DNA of 64,000 nucleotides from Microcella sp. (GCF_051860105.1 NZ_JBHYEO010000010.1:2832-66831); one strand, 5' to 3'; counted from the first letter of the stretch, positions 44,328-54,675 are shown. Notes: generated by a model not told the origin, from the letters alone. A program made the numbers and translations.

Positions 44328-45262
44328 GAGACGTAGTCTTCCCCGTCGGGCAGGGTTTCGACGAATGAGACCACGGGGATGCCCGCCGCCTCGGCCGCCT
44401 CGCGCACCCGCTCGGTCTCGGGGCTCGCGGTCTGCTCGTTGTAGGCGAGCAGGCGCACCTCGCCCGAAGCGATGAGGTCGAGGGTCTGCTGGAGCGCGAG
44501 CGGCGGAACGTCGGCGCCCTCCTCGATGGCCTCGAGGAACTCCTCGGGGGTCTCGTTGGAGAAGCCGAGCTCGGCGAGCAGGTAGGCGGGCACGGGCTCG
44601 GTCGCGGCGACCGTGCCGCCGCCGAGCTCAGCCGCAGCGGCGTCGAGCTCGGCCTCGAGGGCCTCGAGCTCGCTGGTCCACGCGGCGAGGTTCTGCTCGT
44701 AGGTGGCGGCGTTCGCGGCGTCGAGCTCGGCGAGCTCGGCCGTGATCGCGGCGGCGACATCGCCCATGACGTGCACGTCGTACCACACGTGCTCGTTGGC
44801 ACCCTCGAGGTGGCTGTGGCCGTCCTCCTCCGAGTGCGCCTCGTCCTCGGAATGGGCTTCCTCCTCCGAGTGCGCCTCCTCCTCCGAGTGCGCGTCCTCC
44901 TCCAGGCCAGCGACCGCGGACGCCGAGACGACGACAGCGCTCGTGCCCGAGCCCTCGACGAGCAGGTCGATGAAGGGGTCGTAGCCGCCGCCGTTCTCGA
45001 TGACGAGGTCGGCGCCCGCGATGGCGAGCTGATCCTGCGCGCTCGCCTCGTAGCTGTGCGGGTCTTGCGCAGGCGAGTCGATGATGCTCGTGACGGTCGC
45101 GAGGTCGCCGGCGATGGCGGCGGCGATGTCGCCGTAGACGTTCGTCGAGGCGACGATCGAGAGTCCGGTCGCCTCGGGCGCGGGCGCGGCGCACCCGGTA
45201 AGGGCGAGGCCGGCGGCGGAGGCGACGAGCAGGGCGGGAAGAGCGCGGCGGGTCGAGGTCAT
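44276..45262 (-). CDS. znuA: Metal (zinc) ABC transporter substrate-binding lipoprotein with His/Glu-rich loop
   Basis: Lipobox LALTGCAAP. His-rich insert is EEDAHSEEEAHSEEEAHSEDEAHSEEDGHSH. Confidence 0.88.
   Translation of the reverse strand: MTSTRRALPALLVASAAGLALTGCAAPAPEATGLSIVASTNVYGDIAAAIAGDLATVTSIIDSPAQDPHSYEASAQDQLAIAGADLVIENGGGYDPFIDLLVEGSGTSAVVVSASAVAGLEEDAHSEEEAHSEEEAHSEDEAHSEEDGHSHLEGANEHVWYDVHVMGDVAAAITAELAELDAANAATYEQNLAAWTSELEALEAELDAAAAELGGGTVAATEPVPAYLLAELGFSNETPEEFLEAIEEGADVPPLALQQTLDLIASGEVRLLAYNEQTASPETERVREAAEAAGIPVVSFVETLPDGEDYVSWMRANIEAVVGAVTPA
44820..44900 (-). repeat. In-frame ~18-bp tandem repeat encoding the (E-E-A-H-S-E)n metal-binding loop of ZnuA
   Basis: CTCCTCCGAGTGCGC recurs at 44826, 44861 and 44879 on the plus strand. 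Confidence 0.7.
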
Positions 45263-45274
45263 GGCTCGATGCTA

Positions 45275-45317
45275 GGGCTTATCGAGAATGATTGTCAAAA
45301 CGATTCTCAATAAGCCC
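45275..45317. promoter_or_regulatory. Zur-box-like palindromic operator upstream of znuA
   Basis: GGGCTTATCGAGAATGATTGTCAAAACGATTCTCAATAAGCCC is a near-perfect palindrome. Its core GAGAATGATTGTCA resembles the actinobacterial Zur box GAAAATGATTTTCA. It sits 13-55 nt upstream of the znuA start. Confidence 0.65.
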
Positions 45318-45369
45318 GGCGCGGTGCCCTGCCGGGTGCGGTTCAGGATGCCCGGCTAGCGTTCCGGGC

Positions 45370-45816
45370 ATGTCGAACCGCCGCGCGATGCTGACCATGA
45401 CCGGGCTGCACCGCGCGCTGCTGCGCCGCACGGGCGGGCGCCTCGGCCGGCAGCTCGGCGGCATGCCCGTCATCGAGCTGACCACCACCGGGCGCTCGAG
45501 CGGGCAGCCGCGCACGGCCATCCTCACGGTGCCGCATCGCGAGCCGGGCCCGCACGGCGAGCGGCTCATCGTGATCGCGAGCCGGGGAGGCGACGACCTG
45601 CAGCCCGCGTGGTACCTCAACCTCGTGGCGGAGCCGGCCGTGCAGGTGGCGAGGGTCGGCGAGCATCCCCGCCCCTATCGAGCGCGCACCGCCGAGCCGG
45701 AGGAGCGCGCGCGGCTGTGGCCCCTCGCGGTAGCGGCGTACCGCGGCTACGCCGAGTACCAGCGCAAGACGGCGCGCGAGATCCCCGTCGTCATCCTGGA
45801 GCCGCTCGAGCCCTGA
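45370..45816 (+). CDS. Deazaflavin (F420)-dependent nitroreductase-family oxidoreductase
   Basis: VIELTTTGRSSGQPRTAIL...GGDDLQPAWYLNLVAEP...RARLWPLAVAAYRGYAEYQRKTAREIPVVILEP is a typical DDN-family pattern. Start at ATG 45370. Confidence 0.8.
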   Translation: MSNRRAMLTMTGLHRALLRRTGGRLGRQLGGMPVIELTTTGRSSGQPRTAILTVPHREPGPHGERLIVIASRGGDDLQPAWYLNLVAEPAVQVARVGEHPRPYRARTAEPEERARLWPLAVAAYRGYAEYQRKTAREIPVVILEPLEP

Positions 45817-45835
45817 CGGGCTGCCGGCAGGAGCA

Positions 45836-45857
45836 CGCGCGCCTCGGGCGGCGCGCG
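45836..45857. terminator. GC hairpin between convergent genes
   Basis: CGCGCGCC-tcgggc-GGCGCGCG read directly between the stops at 45816 and 45858. Confidence 0.4.
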
Positions 45858-47177
45858 CTAGTCGAGCAGCAGCGCGGGCTCTTCGATGACGCTCGCGACG
45901 TCGGCCAAGAACCGGCTCGCCACGTCGCCGTCGACCACGCGGTGGTCGAACGAGGCGCCGAGCGTCGTGACGAAACGCGGCCGCACCTCGCCGTCGACGA
46001 CCCAGGGCTTCTGCTTGATGGTGCCGAGCGCGACGATCGCGACCTCGCCGGGGTTCAAGATCGGCGTGCCGGTATCCATGCCGAAGACGCCGATGTTCGT
46101 GATCGTGATCGTGCCGTCGGCCATGTCGGCGGGCTGCAGCTTGCCGTCGCGCGCCGTGATCGTCATCGCCTCAATGGCCTGGGCGAGCTCGCGCAGGCTG
46201 AGGTCTTGCGCGTTCTTGATGTTCGGCACCACGAGGCCGCGGGGCGTCGCCGCGGCGAATCCGAAGTTGACGAAGTGGTGCACGATGATCTCGGTGTCGG
46301 TCCACGTCGAGTTCACCGTGGGGTTGCGGCGCACGGCCCACATCATCGCCTTCGCCATGATCAGCAGCGGCGACACCTTGATGCCCGCGAAGTCGGGGCT
46401 GGCTTTGAGGCGCTTGACGAACTCCATCGTGCGGGTCGCGTCGACGTCGACGAACACGCTCACGTGGGGGGCGCTGAACGCGCTCTTCACCATGCCCGCG
46501 GCGATCGCCTTGCGCACACCCTTCACGGGGATGCGGTCTTCGCGCTCGTTGGGCCAGGCGGGCGTCTGGATGTTGCGGAAGACGCTCGCCTGCTGCGCGT
46601 GCCGGATGACGTCGTCGCGCGTGATCTCGCCCGCGAGACCCGTGGCCGTGACAGCGGTGAGGTCGACGTCGAGATCTTTCGCGAGCTTGCGGATCGGCGG
46701 CTTGGCGATGACGGGGCCTGACTCGGCGGCGGGCACCGAGCTGAGGCGCGGTGCGACGGCCGGAGCGGCGGCCGCGGGGGCCGCGGTGCGACCGCGGGTG
46801 CGGCGCGAGGCGACGTGGCCCTTGGCCCCGTAGCCCACGAGAACGGCGCCGGGCTTCTCGGCCTCCGCCTCGCTGGCGATGCTGGATGCGGTGTCGGCGA
46901 CGCCGGGATCGGTCGCGTCTGAGGGCTGGCCCGCCGCATCCCCCCGCACCGTGATGATCGGCGTGCCGACCTCGACCGTCTGCCCCTCCTCGACGAGCAG
47001 CGCGTCGACCGTGCCCGCGAAGGGGGAGGGCAGCTCGACGAGCGACTTGGCCGTCTCGATCTCGACGAGCACCTGGTTGATGGTGACAGTGTCGCCCGGC
47101 TTGACGCGCCACGACACGATCTCGGCCTCGGTCAGGCCCTCCCCGACATCGGGGAGCGGGAACTCGGAGATGCTCAC
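45858..47177 (-). CDS. Dihydrolipoamide acyltransferase (E2) of a 2-oxoacid (branched-chain type) dehydrogenase complex
   Basis: The lipoyl domain is [23 protein letters not shown]...[13 protein letters not shown]. The catalytic C-terminus includes SFDHRVVDG. Confidence 0.9.
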   Translation of the reverse strand: MSISEFPLPDVGEGLTEAEIVSWRVKPGDTVTINQVLVEIETAKSLVELPSPFAGTVDALLVEEGQTVEVGTPIITVRGDAAGQPSDATDPGVADTASSIASEAEAEKPGAVLVGYGAKGHVASRRTRGRTAAPAAAAPAVAPRLSSVPAAESGPVIAKPPIRKLAKDLDVDLTAVTATGLAGEITRDDVIRHAQQASVFRNIQTPAWPNEREDRIPVKGVRKAIAAGMVKSAFSAPHVSVFVDVDATRTMEFVKRLKASPDFAGIKVSPLLIMAKAMMWAVRRNPTVNSTWTDTEIIVHHFVNFGFAAATPRGLVVPNIKNAQDLSLRELAQAIEAMTITARDGKLQPADMADGTITITNIGVFGMDTGTPILNPGEVAIVALGTIKQKPWVVDGEVRPRFVTTLGASFDHRVVDGDVASRFLADVASVIEEPALLLD

Positions 47178-47193
47178 GATTCCTCCAGTGCGT

Positions 47194-48174
47194 TCAGTAG
47201 GCCAGCGCGCGGTCGACCGCGTGCAGGATGCGGTCGACGTCGGGCAGGTACGCGCCCTCGAGCTTGGCAGGGGGGAACGGGGTGTCGTAGCCGCTCACGC
47301 GCAGCACGGGGGCTTCGAGCGAGTAGAACGCCTTCTCGGTCACGGTCGCCGCGATCTCCGAGCCGATGCTCACCGAGCCAGGCGCTTCCTGGGCGACGAC
47401 GAGGCGACCGGTGCGCCGCACCGAGTCGAGCAGCGGGCCGTAGTCGATCGGCGAGAGCGAGCGCAGGTCGACGACCTCGATGCTCGTGCCCTCCTCGGCG
47501 GCGACCTCGGCGGCATCCAGCAGCATGCTCACCATCGCGCCGTGCCCGACGACGGTGACGTCGGTGCCCGCGCGCACGATGCGCGAGGCATGCAGCTCGG
47601 CGCCCGCCGACGCGAGGTCGACCTCGCCCTTCGGCCAGTAGCGGCTCTTCGGCTCGAAGAACATGACGGGGTCGGTGCTCGCGATCGCCTGCTGGATCAT
47701 CCAGTAGGCGTCGTGCGGCGTCGCGGGGCTCACGAGGCGCAGGCCGGCGGTGTGGGCGAAGTAGGCCTCGGGGCTCTCCTGGTGGTGCTCGACCGCTCCG
47801 ATGTGCCCGCCATAGGGCACGCGGATGACGACGGGCAGCTGCAGCGCGCCCTCGTGGCGTGCCGTGAGCTTCGCGAGCTGCGTGGTGATCTGGTCGAAGG
47901 CCGGGACGAGGAAGCCGTCGAACTGGATCTCGACGACGGGCCGGTACCCGCGCATCGCGAGGCCGATCGCCGTGCCCACGATGCCCGACTCGGCGAGCGG
48001 GGTGTCGAGCACGCGGTGCGCACCGAACTGCTGCTGCAGCCCCTCGGTCACGCGGAACACGCCGCCGAGCGGCCCGATGTCCTCCCCCATGAGAATGACC
48101 TTCTCGTCAGCCTGCATCGCGGCGGCGAGGCCGAGCGTGAGGGCCTTGGCCATGGTCAGGGTCTCGACCGTCAT
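47194..48174 (-). CDS. 2-oxoacid dehydrogenase E1 component beta subunit
   Basis: 326-aa [21 protein letters not shown]...[17 protein letters not shown]. Confidence 0.92.
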   Translation of the reverse strand: MTVETLTMAKALTLGLAAAMQADEKVILMGEDIGPLGGVFRVTEGLQQQFGAHRVLDTPLAESGIVGTAIGLAMRGYRPVVEIQFDGFLVPAFDQITTQLAKLTARHEGALQLPVVIRVPYGGHIGAVEHHQESPEAYFAHTAGLRLVSPATPHDAYWMIQQAIASTDPVMFFEPKSRYWPKGEVDLASAGAELHASRIVRAGTDVTVVGHGAMVSMLLDAAEVAAEEGTSIEVVDLRSLSPIDYGPLLDSVRRTGRLVVAQEAPGSVSIGSEIAATVTEKAFYSLEAPVLRVSGYDTPFPPAKLEGAYLPDVDRILHAVDRALAY

Positions 48175-49289
48175 GAGGCACCCCCCTCGAACGAGGCCTC
48201 GTAGTCGGCGAGCGCCTGGCGCTGAGCATCCATGACCGGATGCGGCTGGCTGTAGACGTGCGCGAACATCGACTCCGCGGGCGGCGGTTCGAGGGCGAGC
48301 GTGCGAGCGCGCGCCTCGGAGGCGAACTGCTCGGCCTCGTCGTGCACCTCGGTGAAGAAAGCCTCGCTCTCGCCGAGCCCGCGCAGGTAGGTCTCGAACC
48401 GGGCGATCGGGTCGCGCTCCTGCCAGTAGTGCAGCTCGTCGTCGTCGCGGTACTTCGTCGGATCGTCGCTCGTGGTGTGCGCACCCATGCGGTAGGTCAG
48501 GGCCTCGATGAACTGCGGGCCCTCACCGGCGCGCGCGGCGTCGAGGCTCGCCGCCGTCGCGGCGAAGCTCATGAGCACGTCGTTGCCATCGATCTGCACG
48601 CTGGGAATTCCGAAGCCGCGCGGGCGGTGGAAGAGCGGCGTGCGCGACTGCACGCGCACCGGCACCGAGATCGCCCAGTGGTTGTTCTGCAGGAAAAACA
48701 CCTGGGGCGTCTGGTAACTCTGCGCGAAGACGAGGGCCTCGTTGACGTCGCCCTGACTCGTCGCGCCGTCGCCGAAGTACACGAGCACGGCGGTGTCTGT
48801 CTCCGCATCGCCCGTGCCGACGAGACCGTCGAACATCACGCCCATCGCGTAGCCCGTCGCGTGCAGGGTCTGTGCGCCGATCACGAGCGTGTACAGGTGG
48901 AAGTTGCCGGTCTCGGCGGGGTTCCACCCGCCGTGCGTGAGACCGCGCAGCATCTTGATGATCTGCACGACGTCGAGGCCACGGATGTGCCCGACCGTGT
49001 GTTCGCGGTAGGCGGGGAAGATGTGGTCGTGCGCCCGGGCCGCGAAACCCGAGCCGACCTGAGCGCCCTCCTGGCCGAGGCTCGGGATCCAGAGGGCGAG
49101 CTGGCCCTGGCGCTGCAGGTTGCCGGCCTCGATATCGAAGCGGCGCATCACACGCATGGTGCGGTAGAACTCGCGCAGCTGCTGCTCGGTCAGAGCATCC
49201 ACGTAGGGCAGGTAGGCCTCGGTGGCGTCGCTCGCGACCCGCGTTCCGTCGGGCGCGAGCAGCTGCAGCGTGTCCGGGGTGTACGACAT
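48171..49289 (-). CDS. 2-oxoacid dehydrogenase E1 component alpha subunit (TPP-dependent)
   Basis: The TPP motif region is YFGDGATSQGDVNEAL...NNHWAIS. Start taken at ATG 49289 (MSYTPDTLQLL). The track start at 49523 is an Arg/Gly-rich extension. Confidence 0.9.
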   Translation of the reverse strand: MSYTPDTLQLLAPDGTRVASDATEAYLPYVDALTEQQLREFYRTMRVMRRFDIEAGNLQRQGQLALWIPSLGQEGAQVGSGFAARAHDHIFPAYREHTVGHIRGLDVVQIIKMLRGLTHGGWNPAETGNFHLYTLVIGAQTLHATGYAMGVMFDGLVGTGDAETDTAVLVYFGDGATSQGDVNEALVFAQSYQTPQVFFLQNNHWAISVPVRVQSRTPLFHRPRGFGIPSVQIDGNDVLMSFAATAASLDAARAGEGPQFIEALTYRMGAHTTSDDPTKYRDDDELHYWQERDPIARFETYLRGLGESEAFFTEVHDEAEQFASEARARTLALEPPPAESMFAHVYSQPHPVMDAQRQALADYEASFEGGAS

Positions 49290-49324
49290 GGATTCCACTC
49301 TAGGCCCGGTGGTGCGGCCGCTGG

Positions 49325-50398
49325 TCAGAGGGTTCGGACAACCTCGCCCGCGACGGCCAGCAGAGATTCCACAGACTCGGCCTCGCCGATCGAGACGCGG
49401 ATGCCCTCCGGAGGGAACACGCGTGCGACGATCCCGGCCGCGGCGAAGGCCTCGCCCGCGGCGGCCGTAGCCGGCCCGGTCGGCAGCCAGACGAAGTTGC
49501 CCTGCGACACCGGCAGGGGCCACCCCTGCTCCCGCAGCGCCTCCTGCACCGCGTCGCGCCGCACCGCGAGCTCGCGCACGCGCGCGATCAGCTCGGGCTC
49601 GACCTGCATCGCCGCGAGGACGGCGCGTTGCGCGGCCTCGGTCACGCTGAGCGGGATCGCCGTGCTGCGCGCGGCGTCGAGCACCGCGACCGGACCGATC
49701 GCGTATCCGACGCGCAGACCGGCGAGCCCGTAGGCCTTCGAGAAGGTGCGCAGGATCACGAGGTTGGGGTAGCGCCGCACGAGCTGCGCGCCGTCGACGG
49801 CCGCCGGGTCGTCGATGAACTCGGCGTAGGCCTCGTCGAGGATGACCAGGAGGTCACTCGGCACCGCGGCCATGAAGTCGTCGAACTCTGCGGCCGTGAC
49901 CACGGTGCCGGTGGGATTGTTGGGCGTGCACACGATGACGGCGCGGGTGCGGTGGGTCACCGCGGCCGCCATGGCGGGCAGATCGTGCCGCGCATCGTGG
50001 GTGAGCGGCACGCGCACGCTCGTCGCCCCCGCGACCGTCACGAGCCCGGGGTACGCCTCGAAGCTGCGCCAGGCGAATACGACCTCGTCGCCGACGGTGG
50101 CCGCGGCGCTGATGAGCTGCGCGAGCAGCGCGACGGATCCGGCCCCGACGATGATCTCGTCGGGGGTCACTCCGTGCCGCTCGGCCAAGCGTTCGCGCAC
50201 GACGAGAGCCGTGGCATCCGGATAGCGGTTGATGTCGAGATCGCGGATCGCCGCGAGCACGGCGGGATGCGGGGGGAACGGGTTCTCGTTGCTGGAGAGC
50301 TTGAAGGCCTCGGACGACGCCGCCCGCCCCTGCTTGTAGGCGGGCAGCGAGACGATCTCCGGGCGCAGGCGCACGGGGTTCGCGGGGGTCTCGGTCAC
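49325..50398 (-). CDS. Histidinol-phosphate/aromatic aminotransferase family (class I/II PLP enzyme)
   Basis: [18 protein letters not shown] and the PLP-lysine context [16 protein letters not shown]. Confidence 0.88.
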   Translation of the reverse strand: MTETPANPVRLRPEIVSLPAYKQGRAASSEAFKLSSNENPFPPHPAVLAAIRDLDINRYPDATALVVRERLAERHGVTPDEIIVGAGSVALLAQLISAAATVGDEVVFAWRSFEAYPGLVTVAGATSVRVPLTHDARHDLPAMAAAVTHRTRAVIVCTPNNPTGTVVTAAEFDDFMAAVPSDLLVILDEAYAEFIDDPAAVDGAQLVRRYPNLVILRTFSKAYGLAGLRVGYAIGPVAVLDAARSTAIPLSVTEAAQRAVLAAMQVEPELIARVRELAVRRDAVQEALREQGWPLPVSQGNFVWLPTGPATAAAGEAFAAAGIVARVFPPEGIRVSIGEAESVESLLAVAGEVVRTL

Positions 50399-50498
50399 CC
50401 TCTCAGCCTACGTCGGCCCCGAGGGCCGCCCGCTGCGCGACCGCCGTTCGCCCGCCGTTCGATTGCCGGGTCTGCGACGACGCGTGCATAGTTGTCGC

Positions 50499-50903
50499 AT
50501 GGGACGCTTCCTGATCCGCCTGATCATCAACACCATCGCGCTGTGGCTGACGACGCTCATCGTCGAGGGGGTGAAGGTGGTGTCGTACGGTGCCGAGGGC
50601 GATACGGTCGCGCTCGTGCTCACCTACCTGCTCGTGGGCGGCATCTTCGGTCTCGTGAACTCGATCATCGGCAACACGATCCGCATCGTGGCGTTCCCGC
50701 TCTACATCTTGACGCTGGGCCTCATCGCGCTCATCGTCAACGGGTTGCTGCTGCTGCTCGTGGCGTGGATCTCGAGCCTGCTCGGCTTCGGCCTCACGGT
50801 CGACGGCTTCTGGTGGGGCGTGCTCGGAGCCGTCGTGCTCGGCCTGCTGAGCTGGCTCATCGGCGTGCTGCTGCGGCCGTTCGTCGGCCGCAAGCGCAGC
50901 TGA
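50499..50903 (+). CDS. Small four-TM membrane protein (phage-holin-4-like family)
   Basis: MGRFLIRLIINTIALWLTTLIV... Start at ATG 50499. Confidence 0.65.
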   Translation: MGRFLIRLIINTIALWLTTLIVEGVKVVSYGAEGDTVALVLTYLLVGGIFGLVNSIIGNTIRIVAFPLYILTLGLIALIVNGLLLLLVAWISSLLGFGLTVDGFWWGVLGAVVLGLLSWLIGVLLRPFVGRKRS

Positions 50904-50918
50904 CCCGGCGGGCGAGCG

Positions 50919-52307
50919 TCACCCGCCAGTCGGGCGCGGGATGCGCGTCGCCGTGTAGGCGCTGCTCGTGCCCGCCGCGCCGGGCGCCGGCAGTGCATCG
51001 ATGGCGGCGCGCAGCACCGCGCTGACGTGCGCATCGGCGGCGGACGCGGTGCTCCGGTACCGCTCGATCTCGTGCGCCGGCAGCATGCCTGCGGGCGCCT
51101 CGCCTCCCGCGAACGCGTCGCCGCGCACGATGACGGCGGTCGTGTCGCGCCGGATGCCCGACAGCACCGGAACGAGGTCCTCCCGATGCTCGATCACGAT
51201 CGCCGGGTAGTCGCCCTGCACGGGCAGCCCGCCGCTCGGTGCGCCGACCGTGACGAGCCCCGTCGTGCGGAAGTCGCCCGACTCGGCAAGCACGGTCGCG
51301 ATCGCCCCGCCTTGCGAGTACCCGGTGAAGACGATCGAGGTCTCGCTCGTGACGCCGTCGGCAGCGAGCGCCGCGCGCACGGCCTGGATCGATGAGGAGT
51401 CGGCCCCGGCGATGATCGCCACGTTGCTCGACATGTCCCACGGCTGCTCGCCGCCCATCGGCGCCTGCGCGTCCGTGCCGGCGATGTACACCTCGACGTG
51501 CTCCCGGCCGTCGGGCAGCGTGTAGCGCTCGATGACGATGGGCGCCGAGGGCTCGGGGATGCGTGCGACGCGGTCGGCGAGCGAGCCCGGTGCGATCACC
51601 GGCCGGCTCTCACCACCGCGGCGCAGGTCGCTGCCCGCGCGATCGACGCGCACGGGGGCGGTGCCGCTTGCCCCGGCCGCCGAGGCGAGCGCCGCGACGG
51701 CGAGCGCCGCGGTATCGATGCCCGAGAGCCCGAGGCCCGTCTCGCCGACGACGCCCGCCAGAACGGGCGGCACGCCGACCGTGCCGAGAGCAACATCGTC
51801 GGCGAGCGACAGTGCGACGCGCAGCACCTCGATGACGCGGCTCTCGCTCAGCAGCGGGGCGAGGGCGGGAGCGATGGCGGCCATCGCCGTCTCCCGATGC
51901 TCGTCGGGAACGAGCCCCCACACGAGGGCGACCCTGCCCGCGGCCGAGAGCAGCGAGGGCAGCAGCAGCGCGCCGAGCCGTGAGAGCACGAGGCCCGCGG
52001 CCGCGGCGAACTGCGCTGCGAGCACTTCGACGGAGCGCGCCGCTGTCCGCTCGGCGGTGTCGTAGAGACCCGCGGCCGTGCGCAGCGCTCCCGAGAGCGC
52101 CCCCAGCTGCTCGATCGATCGGTTCACCGATCCCTGCACCTCCCAGAGGTCGGCGTCGCGTCCGGCGCTCTCCCCGGTGCGCAGCGGGGGGATGCGGATC
52201 GCCACCTCGTGGCACTGCTGCGCCGCCGCCTGCAGGGCGCGCGCCAGCCGCTCGATCTCGTCGAGAGCGACCCCCGCACCCACACCGACGGCGAGACCCC
52301 CGGTCAC
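50919..52307 (-). CDS. Protein with N-terminal helical region and C-terminal lipase-like alpha/beta-hydrolase domain
   Basis: The nucleophile elbow is IVFTGYSQGGAIA. The GTG at 52307 overlaps the TGA of the upstream small ORF (GTGA). The track start at 52454 is an Arg/Gly-rich extension. Confidence 0.6.
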   Translation of the reverse strand: MTGGLAVGVGAGVALDEIERLARALQAAAQQCHEVAIRIPPLRTGESAGRDADLWEVQGSVNRSIEQLGALSGALRTAAGLYDTAERTAARSVEVLAAQFAAAAGLVLSRLGALLLPSLLSAAGRVALVWGLVPDEHRETAMAAIAPALAPLLSESRVIEVLRVALSLADDVALGTVGVPPVLAGVVGETGLGLSGIDTAALAVAALASAAGASGTAPVRVDRAGSDLRRGGESRPVIAPGSLADRVARIPEPSAPIVIERYTLPDGREHVEVYIAGTDAQAPMGGEQPWDMSSNVAIIAGADSSSIQAVRAALAADGVTSETSIVFTGYSQGGAIATVLAESGDFRTTGLVTVGAPSGGLPVQGDYPAIVIEHREDLVPVLSGIRRDTTAVIVRGDAFAGGEAPAGMLPAHEIERYRSTASAADAHVSAVLRAAIDALPAPGAAGTSSAYTATRIPRPTGG

Positions 52308-52633
52308 GACGAGGCGCCCCCGAGGCCGGGCGCCGCGGCGGCCGCCGCCTGCAGCTGGATGCGCACGCCGTCGAGTCGCGCGGCCTCCCGCCCCAGCCGG
52401 GCCCGTTCGAGATCGATCGCGCCCTGGAGGGCATCCCGCGCAGGGCCCCACCACCCCGCGAGCGCATCGTCGCTCGGAAGGGCCCGCACGATGTCGTCGA
52501 GCCGGAGACGGAGGTCGTCGACGAGCACGGCCTGACGGCGGAACTCACCGGCCGGATCGCCCCCGGAGCCCGGGGGGAGGCATGCGACCGTGGTGTCGAG
52601 CACGCGAGGCTCCTCTCCGCGGCGGCGCCGCAT
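52304..52633 (-). CDS. Small helical protein with WXG-like motif (possible WXG100-like partner)
   Basis: 109 aa. LAGWWGPARDALQGAIDLERARL sits in the centre of a predicted helix-turn-helix hairpin. It is translationally coupled to 50919..52307. Confidence 0.4.
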   Translation of the reverse strand: MRRRRGEEPRVLDTTVACLPPGSGGDPAGEFRRQAVLVDDLRLRLDDIVRALPSDDALAGWWGPARDALQGAIDLERARLGREAARLDGVRIQLQAAAAAAPGLGGASS

Positions 52634-52750
52634 CCCTCGCCCCGATCGTGCCGCGACCGCGCGCGCGGCCCTGCTCGGACGAGGTGACGGGGGTGCCGGG
52701 GGGCCGGGCGGCCGGGTGTGGAGGAGGGGGAACTGGGACACAATGGGGGC

Positions 52751-53278
52751 ATGAGCTTCGACCGGGTCCTCGATGCACCCGGCATGTTCCGCATCTGCTT
52801 CGTCTGCACGGGCAACATCTGCCGGTCGCCCATGGCGGAGGCCGTCTTCCGCGAGCTGATCCGTGCGCGCGGCTGGGAGCAGCAGGTGAGCGTGCACTCG
52901 GCCGGCACGGGGGAGTGGCCTGTGGGGGAGAGCAGCGACCCGCGCACGGTCGGCGCACTGCAGGCACGAGGCTACGACGGCGGCGGGCACCGTGCTCGTC
53001 AGTTCGACGTGGGCTGGTTCGAGAGCCTCGACCTGATCATCGCGTTCGACCGCACGCACGAGCGCATCCTCAAATCGTGGGCGCCCGACGACGACGCGCG
53101 CGCGAAGGTGCACCTGCTGCTGAGCTTCGACCCCGATGCCGGCGGTGCGCTCGACGTGCCCGACCCCTACTACTCCGACGCGGCGATGTTCGACGCCGTG
53201 CTCGGCATGATCGAGCGGTCGTGCCTCGCGCTCTTCCGCCAACTCGAACCCGGCATACGACAGGGAGTCGTCTCATGA
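52751..53278 (+). CDS. Low-molecular-weight protein-tyrosine phosphatase
   Basis: The active-site loop is CFVCTGNICRSPMAE, with DPYY near the C-terminus. Its stop overlaps the purB ATG (ATGA). Confidence 0.88.
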   Translation: MSFDRVLDAPGMFRICFVCTGNICRSPMAEAVFRELIRARGWEQQVSVHSAGTGEWPVGESSDPRTVGALQARGYDGGGHRARQFDVGWFESLDLIIAFDRTHERILKSWAPDDDARAKVHLLLSFDPDAGGALDVPDPYYSDAAMFDAVLGMIERSCLALFRQLEPGIRQGVVS

Positions 53279-54675
53279 GCCCGCTCAGCATCCAGCCCCT
53301 CAGCCCGCTCGACGGGCGCTACCAAGCCCAGGTCGCCGCACTCGGCGAGCACCTCAGCGAGGCGGGGCTCAACCGCGCGCGCATTCAAGTCGAGGTCGAG
53401 TGGCTCATCCACCTCACCGACGCCGAGCTCTTCGGCTCACGGCGGCTCACCGCCGACGAGGCACGCCAGCTGCGGGCGATCGTCACCGAGTTCGGCGACG
53501 ACGACATCGCCGACCTCGCCCGCCGGGAGGCCGTCACGCGGCACGACGTCAAGGCCGTCGAATACCTCGTGCGCGACAAGCTCGCCGCGCTCGGCCTCAC
53601 CGAGATCGCCGAGCTCACGCACTTCGCCTGCACGAGCGAAGACATCAACAACCTCGCCTACGCCCTCACCATCCGCGCGGCCGTGCGCGACGTGTGGATG
53701 CCCCGCGCCCGCTCGCTCGTCGAGACCCTGCGCACGCTCGCCCTCGAGCTGCGCGACCAACCGATGCTCGCCCACACGCACGGCCAACCGGCCACCCCCA
53801 CGACGATGGGCAAGGAGCTCGCCGTCACGGTGCACCGTCTCGAGCTGCTGCTCGCCTCGGTCGACGAGGTCGAGTACCGGGGCAAGTTCTCCGGCGCGAC
53901 CGGCACCTTCTCGGCGCACCTCGCCGCTGATCCCGACCACGACTGGATCAGCGCATCCCGCGACTTCGTCACGGGGCTCGGCCTCACCTGGAACCCGCTC
54001 ACCACCCAGATCGAGTCGCACGACTGGCAGGCCCAGCTCTACCAGCGCATCAGCCACGTCGGGCGCGTGCTGCACAACCTGTGCACCGACGTGTGGAGCT
54101 ACATCTCGATGGGCTACTTCCGGCAGATCCCGCAGCCCGGCGCGACCGGGTCGTCGACCATGCCCCACAAGATCAATCCGATCCGGTTCGAGAACGCCGA
54201 GGCGAACCTCGAGCTGGCCAGCGCTCTGCTCGACTCGTTGGCCGCGACGCTCGTGACCTCGCGGCTCCAGCGCGATCTCACCGATTCGACGACGCAGCGC
54301 AACGTCGGTGTCGCCCTGGGCCACTCGCTGCTCGCGCTCGACAACATCAGCAAGGGCCTCGGGGAGATCGCGATCGATCCGGATTCCCTGGCTCGCGATC
54401 TGGACGGCAACTGGGAGGTGCTCGGCGAGGCGATCCAGACGGTGATCCGCGCCGAGGTCACCGCGGGCCGCAGCTCGATCGCCGACCCCTACGCGATGCT
54501 CAAGGAGCTCACCCGGGGTCACCGCATCAGCGGCGATGATCTGCGATCCTTCGTCGACGGCCTCGACATCTCCGCCGAGGCGAAGGCCCGGCTCGTGGCC
54601 CTCAGCCCGCAGGGCTACGTCGGCGCGGCCGCACGGCTGGTCGACTACATCGACCCGGCCCTCGACGAGCGGTAG
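53275..54675 (+). CDS. purB: Adenylosuccinate lyase
   Basis: MSPLSIQPLSPLDGRYQAQV... and the signature GSSTMPHKINP. The track ORF start at 52078 is a spurious extension. Confidence 0.95.
   Translation: MSPLSIQPLSPLDGRYQAQVAALGEHLSEAGLNRARIQVEVEWLIHLTDAELFGSRRLTADEARQLRAIVTEFGDDDIADLARREAVTRHDVKAVEYLVRDKLAALGLTEIAELTHFACTSEDINNLAYALTIRAAVRDVWMPRARSLVETLRTLALELRDQPMLAHTHGQPATPTTMGKELAVTVHRLELLLASVDEVEYRGKFSGATGTFSAHLAADPDHDWISASRDFVTGLGLTWNPLTTQIESHDWQAQLYQRISHVGRVLHNLCTDVWSYISMGYFRQIPQPGATGSSTMPHKINPIRFENAEANLELASALLDSLAATLVTSRLQRDLTDSTTQRNVGVALGHSLLALDNISKGLGEIAIDPDSLARDLDGNWEVLGEAIQTVIRAEVTAGRSSIADPYAMLKELTRGHRISGDDLRSFVDGLDISAEAKARLVALSPQGYVGAAARLVDYIDPALDER

Noticed and set aside
44820-44900. 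Tandem 18-bp repeat.
   Set aside because: It is in-frame coding repeat for the His/Glu-rich metal-binding loop of ZnuA, not a CRISPR or regulatory repeat.
52078-53274. Long upstream extension of the purB ORF (865-aa track ORF), and ORF 52304..53242 (-) upstream of residue M204.
   Set aside because: These are Arg/Pro/Gly-rich translations typical of out-of-frame high-GC DNA, and they overlap the well-supported LMW phosphatase gene.
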